From an uncultured delta proteobacterium (GTDB lineage Bacteria; Desulfobacterota; Binatia; UBA9968): a DNA stretch of 64,000 nucleotides. A program made the translations under genes and the position numbers. The notes under the pieces were generated by a model. It was not told the DNA's origin. It searched no databases and saw only the letters and a program-made list of their open reading frames with translations. The DNA is taken from positions 96,001 through 160,000 of the forward strand of contig CAVUVW010000017.1 in assembly GCA_963745035.1 (NCBI GenBank), given 5' to 3'. Positions 21,416-32,158 of this stretch are shown here, piece after piece. Numbering within the stretch: position 1 is the first letter of the stretch; every line of letters starts with the position of its first letter.

Positions 21416-23367
21416 CCCGGGCGAGCCTCTTTACCAAGACCCTTGTGCTCATTGTTGTTTTGTTCGGCATCATTGCCTCCGCCACCTCGATTCTCTCGGG
21501 CTGGAACCTTTACCGTAATCTTACCCAAGAGTATCAAAGCAAAGGCGTGGCGATTGCCAAGAGTATCGCCGATTCGAGCGTGGAACTGTTATTGAATGCG
21601 GATGTGTCGACGATCCAGTCCGTGGTAGACCAGTTCACCGAGATCGAGGGAGTCTCTTATGTGATCGTCTTCGACGGCCAAGGCGAGGCCATTTCTCACA
21701 CCTTTGTTCCCACCGTTCCGGGGGATGTGCTGGAGCTACAGAGGCAAACCCGAACTCAGGCCTTTAACGGCGGAGCGCTTACGAACAACTTGCGCGTTGA
21801 AGGAATGGGAGATTTCCTGGACATCGCCCTTCCGATACTGGCGGGCGTCGCGGGATACGTGCACGTGGGAATGGATAGAAGTTTGATCCGTTCGCGCATT
21901 TGGTCTGCTGTGGCGACGCAGCAAGCACTTATGTTCATAATTTTTTCATTGAGCGTGTTGGTCGCTTATGCTTTGGTGAGCAGGATCTCTCAACCGCTCA
22001 AACAGCTCGCGGGCCACGCCGGGAAACTGGCGACGCAGGACTTTTCCGAACCGGTGACCGGGCCATCGGACATCGACGGCCTGCCCAAAAAATCCCGTGA
22101 TGAGGTGGGGGAACTGGCCGAGTCCTTCATCACCATGGAGCGCGCTCTAAGGCAGTCAGTCAGAGAGCTGAAGGAGACCACGGCAGCCAAAGAACGGATT
22201 GAGAGCGAGCTGAAAATTGCCCGCGACATCCAGATGAGCATGGTGCCGAAGCTATTTCCTCCGTTTCCGCTCAGACCCGAGTTTGACCTTTATGCGACGC
22301 TGGTTCCGGCACGCGAAGTGGGCGGAGACTTTTATGATTTCTTTTTCATCGATGACAACCGCCTCTGTTTCGCCATCGGCGATGTATCCGGCAAAGGGGT
22401 TCCAGCATCTTTGTTTATGGCCGTGACCACAACCCTGTTTAGGACTACAGCCGTTAGAGTGAGCCGGCCGGATGAAATATTATTTCTGTTGAATCGCGAG
22501 TTGTGTCGCGGCAATGAATCATGCATGTTCGTCACCGTTTTTTGCGCCATTTTGGATACTCGCACGGGAGAGGTGGAATACAGCAATGGCGGCCACAATC
22601 TTCCCTACTTTGTCAGCCATGCTGAAACTCGGCCTTTGAAAAATACCGGAGGGATGGCCCTCGGATTTACGCAGGATGTAACGTATCGGTCGGAGAAAAT
22701 CATGCTTCGGGCTGGGGATGGACTTTTTCTTTACACGGACGGCGTGACCGAAGCGATGGATGAGGGAGGAAATCAGTTTTCCGAGCCTCGTTTGGCGGAG
22801 TTTCTGCACCAGGCCAACGGCTCTTCGGCAACGGAAATCATCCGCAGCGTAGTGAATAAGGTGGGACGCCATTCTGCTGGCGCTCCCCAATCGGACGATA
22901 TTACCGCCTTGACTTTGAAATACTTGCTGACCGCAGGGGAAACGACGAGCGAAACCATCGTCGTCGAGCTCAAAAACAACCTTCCGGAAATTGAGCGACT
23001 CGCCCGCATCGCTGATGATTTCGGGCGGCGCCATCAGTTAAACGCGGAAACCTTGCACAACGTGAAGGTCGGGTTGGACGAGATTCTGACCAACGTCATC
23101 TCTTATGCCTACGCCGATGGCGGAGAGCATAGCATTATCACTCGCTTCTCCCTGGAGCAGGGAAGATTGACCATTGCAGTGGAGGATGACGGGAGACCGT
23201 TCAATCCGCTAAACGCCCCTGAGCCGGACACGAAGCAGTTGCTGGAAGAGCGGCCTTTAGGCGGTTTGGGAATTCATCTCGTGCGAAAATTGATCGATGA
23301 ATTGGAATATCGAAGGCAGAACGACAGAAACATTCTGGTTATGAGATTGAAGGTAAAAGGGGCGTGA
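21412..23367 (+). CDS. Membrane sensor with HAMP, SpoIIE/PP2C phosphatase and C-terminal RsbW-like Ser kinase domain
   Basis: Two TMs around a periplasmic domain; HAMP (DEVGELA); VGGDFYD, GDVSGKG, YTDGVTE, SDDIT; then DEILTNVISYAY, DDGRPFNP, GGLGIHLV. Confidence 0.9.
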   Translation: MTRASLFTKTLVLIVVLFGIIASATSILSGWNLYRNLTQEYQSKGVAIAKSIADSSVELLLNADVSTIQSVVDQFTEIEGVSYVIVFDGQGEAISHTFVPTVPGDVLELQRQTRTQAFNGGALTNNLRVEGMGDFLDIALPILAGVAGYVHVGMDRSLIRSRIWSAVATQQALMFIIFSLSVLVAYALVSRISQPLKQLAGHAGKLATQDFSEPVTGPSDIDGLPKKSRDEVGELAESFITMERALRQSVRELKETTAAKERIESELKIARDIQMSMVPKLFPPFPLRPEFDLYATLVPAREVGGDFYDFFFIDDNRLCFAIGDVSGKGVPASLFMAVTTTLFRTTAVRVSRPDEILFLLNRELCRGNESCMFVTVFCAILDTRTGEVEYSNGGHNLPYFVSHAETRPLKNTGGMALGFTQDVTYRSEKIMLRAGDGLFLYTDGVTEAMDEGGNQFSEPRLAEFLHQANGSSATEIIRSVVNKVGRHSAGAPQSDDITALTLKYLLTAGETTSETIVVELKNNLPEIERLARIADDFGRRHQLNAETLHNVKVGLDEILTNVISYAYADGGEHSIITRFSLEQGRLTIAVEDDGRPFNPLNAPEPDTKQLLEERPLGGLGIHLVRKLIDELEYRRQNDRNILVMRLKVKGA

Positions 23368-23705
23368 CCATGGACATCCACGAAGAGAGAAAAGACGGGT
23401 TTCTCATTCTCGGTCTCGAAGGACAGCTCGACGCCGGCAGCTCGAAGACGTTTGAGGAAAAAATTCTCGCGGTGATCGATCGAGGAGAGACACGGTTTGT
23501 TGTTGACCTCTCCCGGCTCGACTACGTCAGCAGCGCCGGACTCAGGGTCTTTCTCCTCGCGTCGAAACGATTGCATCTCTCAGGCAATAAACTTGTCCTT
23601 TGCTCCCTGCAGGAACCCGTCAAGGAAGTCTTTGAAATCGTCGGCTTTTTCGCCATTTTTTCGATAGTTAATTCCAAAGATGAGGCGTTAAAAAGCTTTC
23701 GATAG
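23364..23705 (+). CDS. STAS-domain anti-sigma factor antagonist 2
   Basis: EGQLDAGS, DLSRLDYVSSAGLRVFL, VKEVFEIVGF; GTGA overlap with the PP2C gene. Confidence 0.9.
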   Translation: MTMDIHEERKDGFLILGLEGQLDAGSSKTFEEKILAVIDRGETRFVVDLSRLDYVSSAGLRVFLLASKRLHLSGNKLVLCSLQEPVKEVFEIVGFFAIFSIVNSKDEALKSFR

Positions 23706-23739
23706 CTCTTTCTCTACCAGGTTCGAGTCATTACGCCGG

Positions 23740-23826
23740 CTATCGAAACTCGAACTCTTCGGTGATAATCCGGTCGGCTGGTATGCCGATCTCTCGAAAC
23801 TGCCGGGCGAGATCCGAAACGAAGCT
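23740..23826 (-). pseudogene. Inverted remnant of the C-terminus of a ferric reductase/NOX-like gene
   Basis: Translates SFVSDLARQFREIGIPADRIITEEFEFR*, 21/28 identical to the C-terminus of the 24860-26239 protein. Confidence 0.85.
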
Positions 23827-23829
23827 TAA

Positions 23830-24043
23830 TTGGCCGCACGGCACCGAGTATCTGCTGGCGCGCGCCTGCAAGGATCACGATTGCGCCGACAACAACACAG
23901 TGTTGCTTTACTCGGCGGCGCAGGGCGTGGTGTACGGGAAAGTTTATCGCCAGCGCAGATCAACTTTGATCGGCGCACCGCCGCCGGCGGTGGCGAGCAA
24001 ATTGGATCGTTTGTGGCAGGCCGAATGGCGGCCGAATCGATAA
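23830..24043 (+). pseudogene. 5'-truncated Ivy (inhibitor of vertebrate lysozyme)-like gene
   Basis: GTEYLLARACKDHDCADNNTVLLYS resembles the Ivy CKPHDC loop; no signal peptide or N-terminal half. Confidence 0.65.
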
Positions 24044-24417
24044 CGAACGGCGCGATCAGCGACGCTAAATCTAGCCAAGCGTATTTGAAATTCTCCGACT
24101 ATGACAGGCGCAGAGCATGTCCTGAGCCACTTCGTCTGCATCGTGTCATGCTCGAAGGCAACTGATTTCATCATTTCCCGCGCGGCAAAGTTTCAAGATA
24201 GTTGTGTCGTAGAAGTCTGATCACCGAACCGAACGCGCAGGGAAAACGCGGCCGCATTCGCTCACCGTCGCGGACCCTGCCTCACCCGGATGATCGGGCG
24301 AACATCTTCACTCGGTTTCTCAAAATTTAGGAATAGACCTAATGGAGATGCCATACATCGATCGGAATATCGCAACAGGGCTGGAAAAATCCTCTGCTGA
24401 TGATAAAGGATCAAATT

Positions 24418-24792
24418 ATGGAAATTACCAAGCGCACGACGGCGGATATTGTTACTCTAAGCCTATCCGGAAGATTGGACTCGACCACCGCGAAGACGTT
24501 TGAGGATACAATTCTCGGCGGAATAGAATCGGGTGACCGCCGCCTCGTTATCGATCTTTCGCAACTCGATTATATCAGCAGCGCGGGCTTGCGCGTGTTC
24601 GCCCTTGCGGGCAAGCGTCTCAAAAACGCGAACGGCAAGCTAGTGTTGTGCGCGTTTAAGAAAACGATTCCCTACAACACCCTGAACCGTATCCCGGATC
24701 CAGTCAGAGAAGTGTTCGACACATCCGGGTTTTCGTTGATTTTTCCCACTTACGGCTCCCACGACGATGCAATCGAGGCACTTCAAGCGTAA
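24418..24792 (+). CDS. STAS-domain anti-sigma factor antagonist 3
   Basis: SGRLDSTTA, DLSQLDYISSAGLRVF, VREVFDTSGF. Confidence 0.88.
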   Translation: MEITKRTTADIVTLSLSGRLDSTTAKTFEDTILGGIESGDRRLVIDLSQLDYISSAGLRVFALAGKRLKNANGKLVLCAFKKTIPYNTLNRIPDPVREVFDTSGFSLIFPTYGSHDDAIEALQA

Positions 24793-24859
24793 ACATGAGT
24801 GCTTTACAATTCAGATCCGATCCGCCGCCTCGACAACTTTGTTGGTATTCACCTAAGGA

Positions 24860-26239
24860 ATGGGCCGGCATCCAGTGAGCGTGCACAAAGGCGTGATGCT
24901 CAGAAATTCTCTTGGCAGGTGGTTGCCCAGCCTCGAGGCATGCCGACCGGGTTGGATTCTGACCACCGGATCTCTGATCATCACGACTGTTCTCTGGATC
25001 GCCGGCCGATTCTCGGGGGAGATTCTGCCTGGCTTCTGGCCGTGGCGCGGGCTCGCTCAGCTCACCGTCTTATGGTCGGTTACTCTGATGGCAATTGCCA
25101 TGCTCGCGGTCGTTCGCGCTCACGCGCTGGAGCCCGTTTTTGGCGGTCTCGATCGCGCGGTGCGCTTCCATAGAATCCTCGGGCCATCGGCCATCTTGCT
25201 CTTGATCGCACACGTCATTTTCCTGGCTCTGGTACAAATTGAAGGCGGCGCTTCTATCGGCGACATGTTGATCCCGTTCTGGTCGGAGTCGGCGCGTTCG
25301 ATCGATATCATCGTCTTCTATTTGCTTTTGCTGCTTGGCGGCCTTGCCTATGACCGCCGCATGAGCTACGAGCGCTGGCTGTCGGTTCATCGGCTGACCG
25401 GCCTGGTTTTTCTCGGCGGTACTGCGCACGCAGCGATGGAACCCGGAACCATCGCCGACTTCGAGCCGCTGAGAACATGGATCGTGATTTTAGTCTTGGC
25501 CGGTGGAGCTGCGTGGCTCTATCGAGTCGTGCTGTTCAACCGGCTTGGACCGCGCTATCGCTACTGGCTCGAGACGGTCGTTCCACGCGGTGGCAATATC
25601 ATCGATCTTGTGATGCGCCCAGTCGACCGGCGCATGATTTACGAGCCCGGCACATTTGTTTTTCTGCGCGTCCCCGATATGGAAGGGCAGCAAAAAGAAC
25701 TTCATCCTTTTTCGATCTCCTCGACGCCGGTGAACCGGGGTCTGCGCTTGTCCATCCGGACAGTCGGGGGTTTCACGCGCCGCCTATCCTCGCTCGATCT
25801 CGGGACGCAGCTAGACGTCTACGGCCCGTTCGGCGGCTTTACTTCCCACCGTTTCGCTCATTTTCGCCGGATTGTCTGTATCGGCGCGGGCATTGGCATC
25901 ACGCCGTTCCTCGGCATGCTCGCTTTTGAGCTCAGCAATCACGATTTCCGCCGAATCTGGCTCTATTACATCGCCCGCGACGAGCAGGACGCGGTCTATG
26001 ACTCGGAAATCCGCGAGAGTTATTTGGAGGCGGAGTCGTATATTGAATATGAGCTATGGCTAACAGCGCGCCGTGGGCGGATCACCGCAGCTCAGGTTGC
26101 AGCGGACATTGCGCCCTTGGACGACTATGCAGTGATGTTGTGCGGTCAGCAAAGTTTCATATGGGACATCGCCCGACAGTTCCGAGCGCTCGGCGTCCCG
26201 CGCGACCGGATTATTACCGAAGAGTTCGAATTCCGCTAG
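24860..26239 (+). CDS. Ferric reductase-like transmembrane flavocytochrome (bacterial NOX-like: heme TM domain plus FAD/NAD(P)H domains)
   Basis: Heme His pairs FHRILG...IAH and VHRLTG...TAH; HPFS; GPFG; GAGIGITPF; MLCG; C-terminal EEFEFR. Confidence 0.88.
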   Translation: MGRHPVSVHKGVMLRNSLGRWLPSLEACRPGWILTTGSLIITTVLWIAGRFSGEILPGFWPWRGLAQLTVLWSVTLMAIAMLAVVRAHALEPVFGGLDRAVRFHRILGPSAILLLIAHVIFLALVQIEGGASIGDMLIPFWSESARSIDIIVFYLLLLLGGLAYDRRMSYERWLSVHRLTGLVFLGGTAHAAMEPGTIADFEPLRTWIVILVLAGGAAWLYRVVLFNRLGPRYRYWLETVVPRGGNIIDLVMRPVDRRMIYEPGTFVFLRVPDMEGQQKELHPFSISSTPVNRGLRLSIRTVGGFTRRLSSLDLGTQLDVYGPFGGFTSHRFAHFRRIVCIGAGIGITPFLGMLAFELSNHDFRRIWLYYIARDEQDAVYDSEIRESYLEAESYIEYELWLTARRGRITAAQVAADIAPLDDYAVMLCGQQSFIWDIARQFRALGVPRDRIITEEFEFR

Positions 26240-26279
26240 CCGTCCCTAGCGGAGAATCAGGCGAAATTTTGACTCTCGA

Positions 26280-26603
26280 TTGGACACGATCAAGGTGTGG
26301 ACGGCAATTCGACGGCTACTATTCGGGTTGAGTCTGATCCTGCTGGCTTCAGCTATGCTGCTGATTTCAGCAAACCACTCGCAGCGAGAAGATCTATTCA
26401 AATTAGATTTAAGCGTTCCAATGCTCTTTGAAAAATATCGCAACACCTTGAATGGACCTCCGCGGCCAACGAGTACACGGTCTCAATGGAAGGATTCACG
26501 GTACGTGAGGCCAGTGCTGCGGAGGCCATCCGAGTTGAGCGATGACTTACATGCGCAAGGATTGATCGTGAATACCGGGTTCGGGAACAGGGTCAATCTT
26601 TGA
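26280..26603 (+). other. Possible truncated gene beginning with a signal/anchor peptide
   Basis: VWTAIRRLLFGLSLILLASAMLLIS hydrophobic leader followed by sequence that does not look coding. Confidence 0.25.
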
Positions 26604-26708
26604 TTTGAGATTCGAATCTGGGGCCAAGCCTTTCAATATTGCGACTCTGAAAATCCACTATTCCTAAGCTGAACTAAGCTCTTTCAGCTTTACATATGTA
26701 TTTCCGCC

Positions 26709-27785
26709 TCAACGCAGTTGGCCGCCCGGTATATGACAGAACGCGCTCATCTCGTGCGCGGACGTGACCGGCTGCGCTTTGCAGACGTAATTAGCGGTAA
26801 TCTGATCGATGCGGGTCACGCCCATCAGTGCCATGTCAATCGTGATCTCTTCTTCGAGCAACTCAAGAACCTTCACCAGTCCGGCTTGACCGCCGGCGCC
26901 GAGCCCCCAACCCTGTAACTTGCCGATCGTGACGGCGCTGGCGCCAAGCGCCAAGGCTTTCACGACGTCCGTGCCTCGCGTCACGCCGCCGTCTAGGACG
27001 ATCGGAATTTTGCCGTTCACCGCCGCGGCGATTTCCGGCAGCGTGTCGATGGTGCCGAGGCCGTGGTCGAGCTGGCGGCCGCCGTGGTTGGAAATGTAGA
27101 TCACGTCGACGCCATGCTCGACGGCGAGCTTGGCGTCTTCCGCCGTGGCGATGCCTTTGATGATCAACGGCATGCCGGCGATTTTTTTGATCTCCTTGGC
27201 CATCTCCCAGGTGAGCATCGCTTGATAGATGCGCCCGGACTCCCTGTGGCGGCTGGGCGGCTGCCAGCGGTTGAGCAGCGGCCGCTCGCGCCGGCTGTAG
27301 TGCGCGGTGTCGACGGTCAGGCAGAGCGCGATGTAGCCGGCCTTTTTCACTCGTCCGACAATCTCCGCGCACCAGTCAAGACCACCGCGAATGTAGAGCT
27401 GAAAAATTTTCGGATGGTCAATGCAGGCGGCGACTTCTTCGAGGGTCGGTTGCGTCACTGAGCTGAGAAAGTTCATCGTGCCGAACTCCGCCGCCGCTTT
27501 GGCCACAGCAACGCCGCCTTGGGGCGTGATTGTTTGCAGCGACCCGATGGGCGCCATCATCACCGGGATGCGCAGCTTCTGTCCGAGAAACGTCGTTGAA
27601 GTATCAACCTTGGAAACATCGATCAGCACGCGCGGCCTGAGCGCCAGGCAATCAAATCCCATGCGGTTGCGTCGCATGGTCGTTTCCGATTCCGCGCCTC
27701 CTGTTAAATAATCCCACACGTCTTGGGTCAGATTGCGGCGCGCTGCTTGGATGATTTCTTGGTTGCTGACGTATTCGAGGCTCAT
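26709..27785 (-). CDS. FMN-dependent alpha-hydroxy acid oxidase/dehydrogenase
   Basis: DYLTGGA, LTVD, IIKGI, SNHGGRQLD, DGGVTRGTDVVKALALGA. Confidence 0.92.
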   Translation of the reverse strand: MSLEYVSNQEIIQAARRNLTQDVWDYLTGGAESETTMRRNRMGFDCLALRPRVLIDVSKVDTSTTFLGQKLRIPVMMAPIGSLQTITPQGGVAVAKAAAEFGTMNFLSSVTQPTLEEVAACIDHPKIFQLYIRGGLDWCAEIVGRVKKAGYIALCLTVDTAHYSRRERPLLNRWQPPSRHRESGRIYQAMLTWEMAKEIKKIAGMPLIIKGIATAEDAKLAVEHGVDVIYISNHGGRQLDHGLGTIDTLPEIAAAVNGKIPIVLDGGVTRGTDVVKALALGASAVTIGKLQGWGLGAGGQAGLVKVLELLEEEITIDMALMGVTRIDQITANYVCKAQPVTSAHEMSAFCHIPGGQLR

Positions 27786-27921
27786 GAAAGATTCTCCTCT
27801 TCGAGATTTGAAATTTTCATACTGCGCCGGAGATTATCGAAGAGCGCAGCAGACTGTCAAAGGTTTTATGCCAAAAAAGTTGCCGCAAGTCGGCTAGACT
27901 GCGCTTCGCTAACCGATCCGA

Positions 27922-27951
27922 AACGATTTGAACGGCTTGAACGTTTTGAAC
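27922..27951. repeat. 9-mer tandem repeat
   Basis: AACGATTTG AACGGCTTG AACGTTTTG AAC. Confidence 0.6.
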
Positions 27952-27959
27952 AGCGGTTT

Positions 27960-28952
27960 TTATTTACAACTCATCGTCGGCTTGTAGACCTGATGGATCA
28001 CCGAGCCGGTGCTGCCGCCCTGGGTGGTGCCGCCGCCGGGAAAATGGATAAGTCCCTTGATGAAAGCCATCCCCGAAACTCCGTGTACGGCAACCGGCAT
28101 GTTTTCCAGCCGATGCCAGCTGTCGGTGACCGGATTGTAGTAGTCGTGATCGGCGTAGATGCCGTAAGGATGTTCGGAATTGCCCTCGCCGCCGAAAAGA
28201 TGAAAACAGCCATTGGCCGCTATACCGTTCACGCCGCCGCGCGGTCGGAGCATCGGTCGTCGCTTGGACCACTGGTTGGTTTTGGGGTCGAAGACTTCGA
28301 CCGCGTCGCTCTGCGGGCTTCTAAAGCCGCCTTCGAACCGGCCGCCGACCACGTAGATCTTGCCGTCGATGGCGTCCGCCGCCAGATGATTTCGCTGCGT
28401 GGGCAAATTGGGTAGCTTCGTCCAGCGGTCAGCTTTTGGATCGTACACGGCGAAGTCGGCGCCACCCGGCGGCCGCCCGCCCGCGACATAAATCTTCCCA
28501 TCGGCCACCGCTGCCGCGCCACCGCCGCGGCTCGTCGGCATGGGCGCCCGCGTGGTCCAGCGATTGGTCTTCGGATCGTACTCGTATGTGGTGTTGACGA
28601 AACCCGCCTTCGCCGGATCGCTCGACTCGGTGGTTTGACCGCCGATGACGTACACCTTGCCGTTGACCGCCGCGGCCATGACGTGATTGAGCGGCACCGG
28701 CAGCGGCGCAGCGATCTGCCATCTGTCGGTTTCCGAATCGTAAACCTGCACGGTCGGCACGGTCTTGCGATCCGACGGATAGCCGCCGACGACATAGAGC
28801 TTGCCGTCGAGCGCGGCGACGCCGGTTTCGGAATTAGACGCGGGCAGCGCCGCCAACACACTCCAGCCGTCGTAGGCGAGCTTGCGCTCCTGCGCGCTGC
28901 AAGCGGGCAGCGCGATTGTCACCAATAACAGAATCCACGCGCGAAGACTCAT
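27960..28952 (-). CDS. Kelch-repeat beta-propeller, probable lipoprotein
   Basis: Lipobox-like LPAC; about six GKxYVxGG...YDP...W repeats. Confidence 0.88.
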   Translation of the reverse strand: MSLRAWILLLVTIALPACSAQERKLAYDGWSVLAALPASNSETGVAALDGKLYVVGGYPSDRKTVPTVQVYDSETDRWQIAAPLPVPLNHVMAAAVNGKVYVIGGQTTESSDPAKAGFVNTTYEYDPKTNRWTTRAPMPTSRGGGAAAVADGKIYVAGGRPPGGADFAVYDPKADRWTKLPNLPTQRNHLAADAIDGKIYVVGGRFEGGFRSPQSDAVEVFDPKTNQWSKRRPMLRPRGGVNGIAANGCFHLFGGEGNSEHPYGIYADHDYYNPVTDSWHRLENMPVAVHGVSGMAFIKGLIHFPGGGTTQGGSTGSVIHQVYKPTMSCK

Positions 28953-28976
28953 GATCCATCCCCCGTTAATCTATAT

Positions 28977-30650
<1,674 letters not shown>

Positions 30651-30808
30651 GGGTCGCTCCTGATTCGTCTTTGGAAATGGGTCTTAAATAAACTATGGCG
30701 TCTGGGCATTTGCAAGACGCCGCGCCGTGCGTCTAAGCAACAGCAGCCCTGCGAGCGCGGATCTCATGATATCTTGATGGCGCCCGCGGCAAATTTTACC
30801 GTGATAGA

Positions 30809-31417
30809 ATGACTATGCCAATTTTCTCGCGCAGTGTTTTCGCCTTCGCATTGATTTTACACGCCGCCGTCTCGGTTGCAGCAGCGCCTGAAATCTCCAA
30901 GGAGTACGGTGACCGATTAGAACGCAAGATAATGGAAATCGCCAAAAACGGATCTGCGGCGCCGGTTCAGCCGAAGAAAACTCTCGTCCCGGAGACAGAG
31001 CTCAATTCCTTTTTGAATTATAACCTTAAGGAGAAAATTCCCCGCGGCCTGACCAATCCGCACCTTTCCATGCTCGGCAACGGCAGCCTCGCCGGCCGGG
31101 TTTTTGTCGATCTCGACGAATTCAAGCGCCAGCGCGGCTCGGGCGGTATCATGGATCCGCTCAATTACATTTCGGGCCGAGTGCCGCTAACCGCGCGCGG
31201 CGTGCTCCGCACAAAGGATGGCAAGGGACAGTTTCAGCTTACGGCGGCGGAAATTCATCGCGTCCCGATACCCAAGCCACTCGTGCAGGAACTGGTAACG
31301 TTCTTCTCGCGTACGCGGGAGAACCCGCGTGGGATCGATATCGACGAGCCCTTCAGTTTACCCGCAAAAATCCGTGAAATTGTCGTCAATCAGGGAGAGG
31401 CCGTCGTCGTGCAGTAG
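30809..31417 (+). CDS. Exported hypothetical protein
   Basis: Signal peptide (AVSVAAA); coding-like composition; no recognised motif. Confidence 0.7.
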   Translation: MTMPIFSRSVFAFALILHAAVSVAAAPEISKEYGDRLERKIMEIAKNGSAAPVQPKKTLVPETELNSFLNYNLKEKIPRGLTNPHLSMLGNGSLAGRVFVDLDEFKRQRGSGGIMDPLNYISGRVPLTARGVLRTKDGKGQFQLTAAEIHRVPIPKPLVQELVTFFSRTRENPRGIDIDEPFSLPAKIREIVVNQGEAVVVQ

Positions 31418-31528
31418 CTTGCCCGAAACGACCTCACGCCATCCGGCAACAGAATTTTCCGTGAAAAACTGATTTTAATTCAAAGGCGCCTTCTGCGTGC
31501 GCTTCACTGCTCATGCCTCGGTAAGACC

Positions 31529-31537
31529 TGCTATAAT
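31529..31537 (+). promoter_or_regulatory. Extended -10 promoter element
   Basis: TGCTATAAT about 45 nt upstream of the GNAT start. Confidence 0.4.
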
Positions 31538-31580
31538 TCAGGCTGGAAATTCAGTTCATCAAAGGAGAGCGCGGCAACCG

Positions 31581-32003
31581 ATGTCCATCGAATATCGTTT
31601 CGGTAACGACCTGGATCTCGACCAGATGATCGATCTCTACCGCGCATCCACGCTCGGTGAACGGCGGCCCGTCGACGACCGGCAAACGATGGGGCAGATG
31701 CTGCAACATGCCAATCTCGTGATCACGGCGTGGGACGGAGACTTGTTGGTCGGTATCGCCCGCACGCTGACCGATTTTGGTTATGTCGGTTATCTGGCGG
31801 ACCTCGCCGTTCGCCTGGAATATCAACGCCACGGCATCGGGGTCCATCTCATCACACTCACGCGTGAGAGAATGGGCCAGCGCTCGATGCTGGTGTTGCT
31901 CGCCGCGCCGAAGGCTGCTGGATACTATCCGAAGATCGGTTTTACGCGGCATGAAAGCGCCTGGATTCTGCGCGAGGGCGACCGACTCATCGCGGACGCT
32001 TAG
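31581..32003 (+). CDS. GNAT-family N-acetyltransferase
   Basis: LVGIARTLTDF, YLADLAV, YQRHGIG, YYPKIGF. Confidence 0.88.
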   Translation: MSIEYRFGNDLDLDQMIDLYRASTLGERRPVDDRQTMGQMLQHANLVITAWDGDLLVGIARTLTDFGYVGYLADLAVRLEYQRHGIGVHLITLTRERMGQRSMLVLLAAPKAAGYYPKIGFTRHESAWILREGDRLIADA

Positions 32004-32158
32004 CCGGCTTTCGACATTCCCGAACACTTTCGAGTAATCGCAATCTGCGCTACAATCGAACGATTGCGCTTCTCTTGCAGGCATCAAAGCCGGTCGAGGC
32101 AGCGTCTAAGCACAGGGAGTTTGGAAGGCGAAGGCATCGCTTATGGAATGGAGACAAC

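Noticed and set aside
24237-24280. GC-rich hairpin upstream of STAS3, possible c-di-GMP or other riboswitch
   Set aside because: A stem is possible (GCAGGG...CCCTGC) but no conserved riboswitch motif was recognised; needs an Rfam scan.
26606-26626. TTCGAAT...CCA resembling a tRNA 3' end or att site at the island boundary
   Set aside because: No pairing 5-bp T-stem or cloverleaf can be formed; no integrase nearby.
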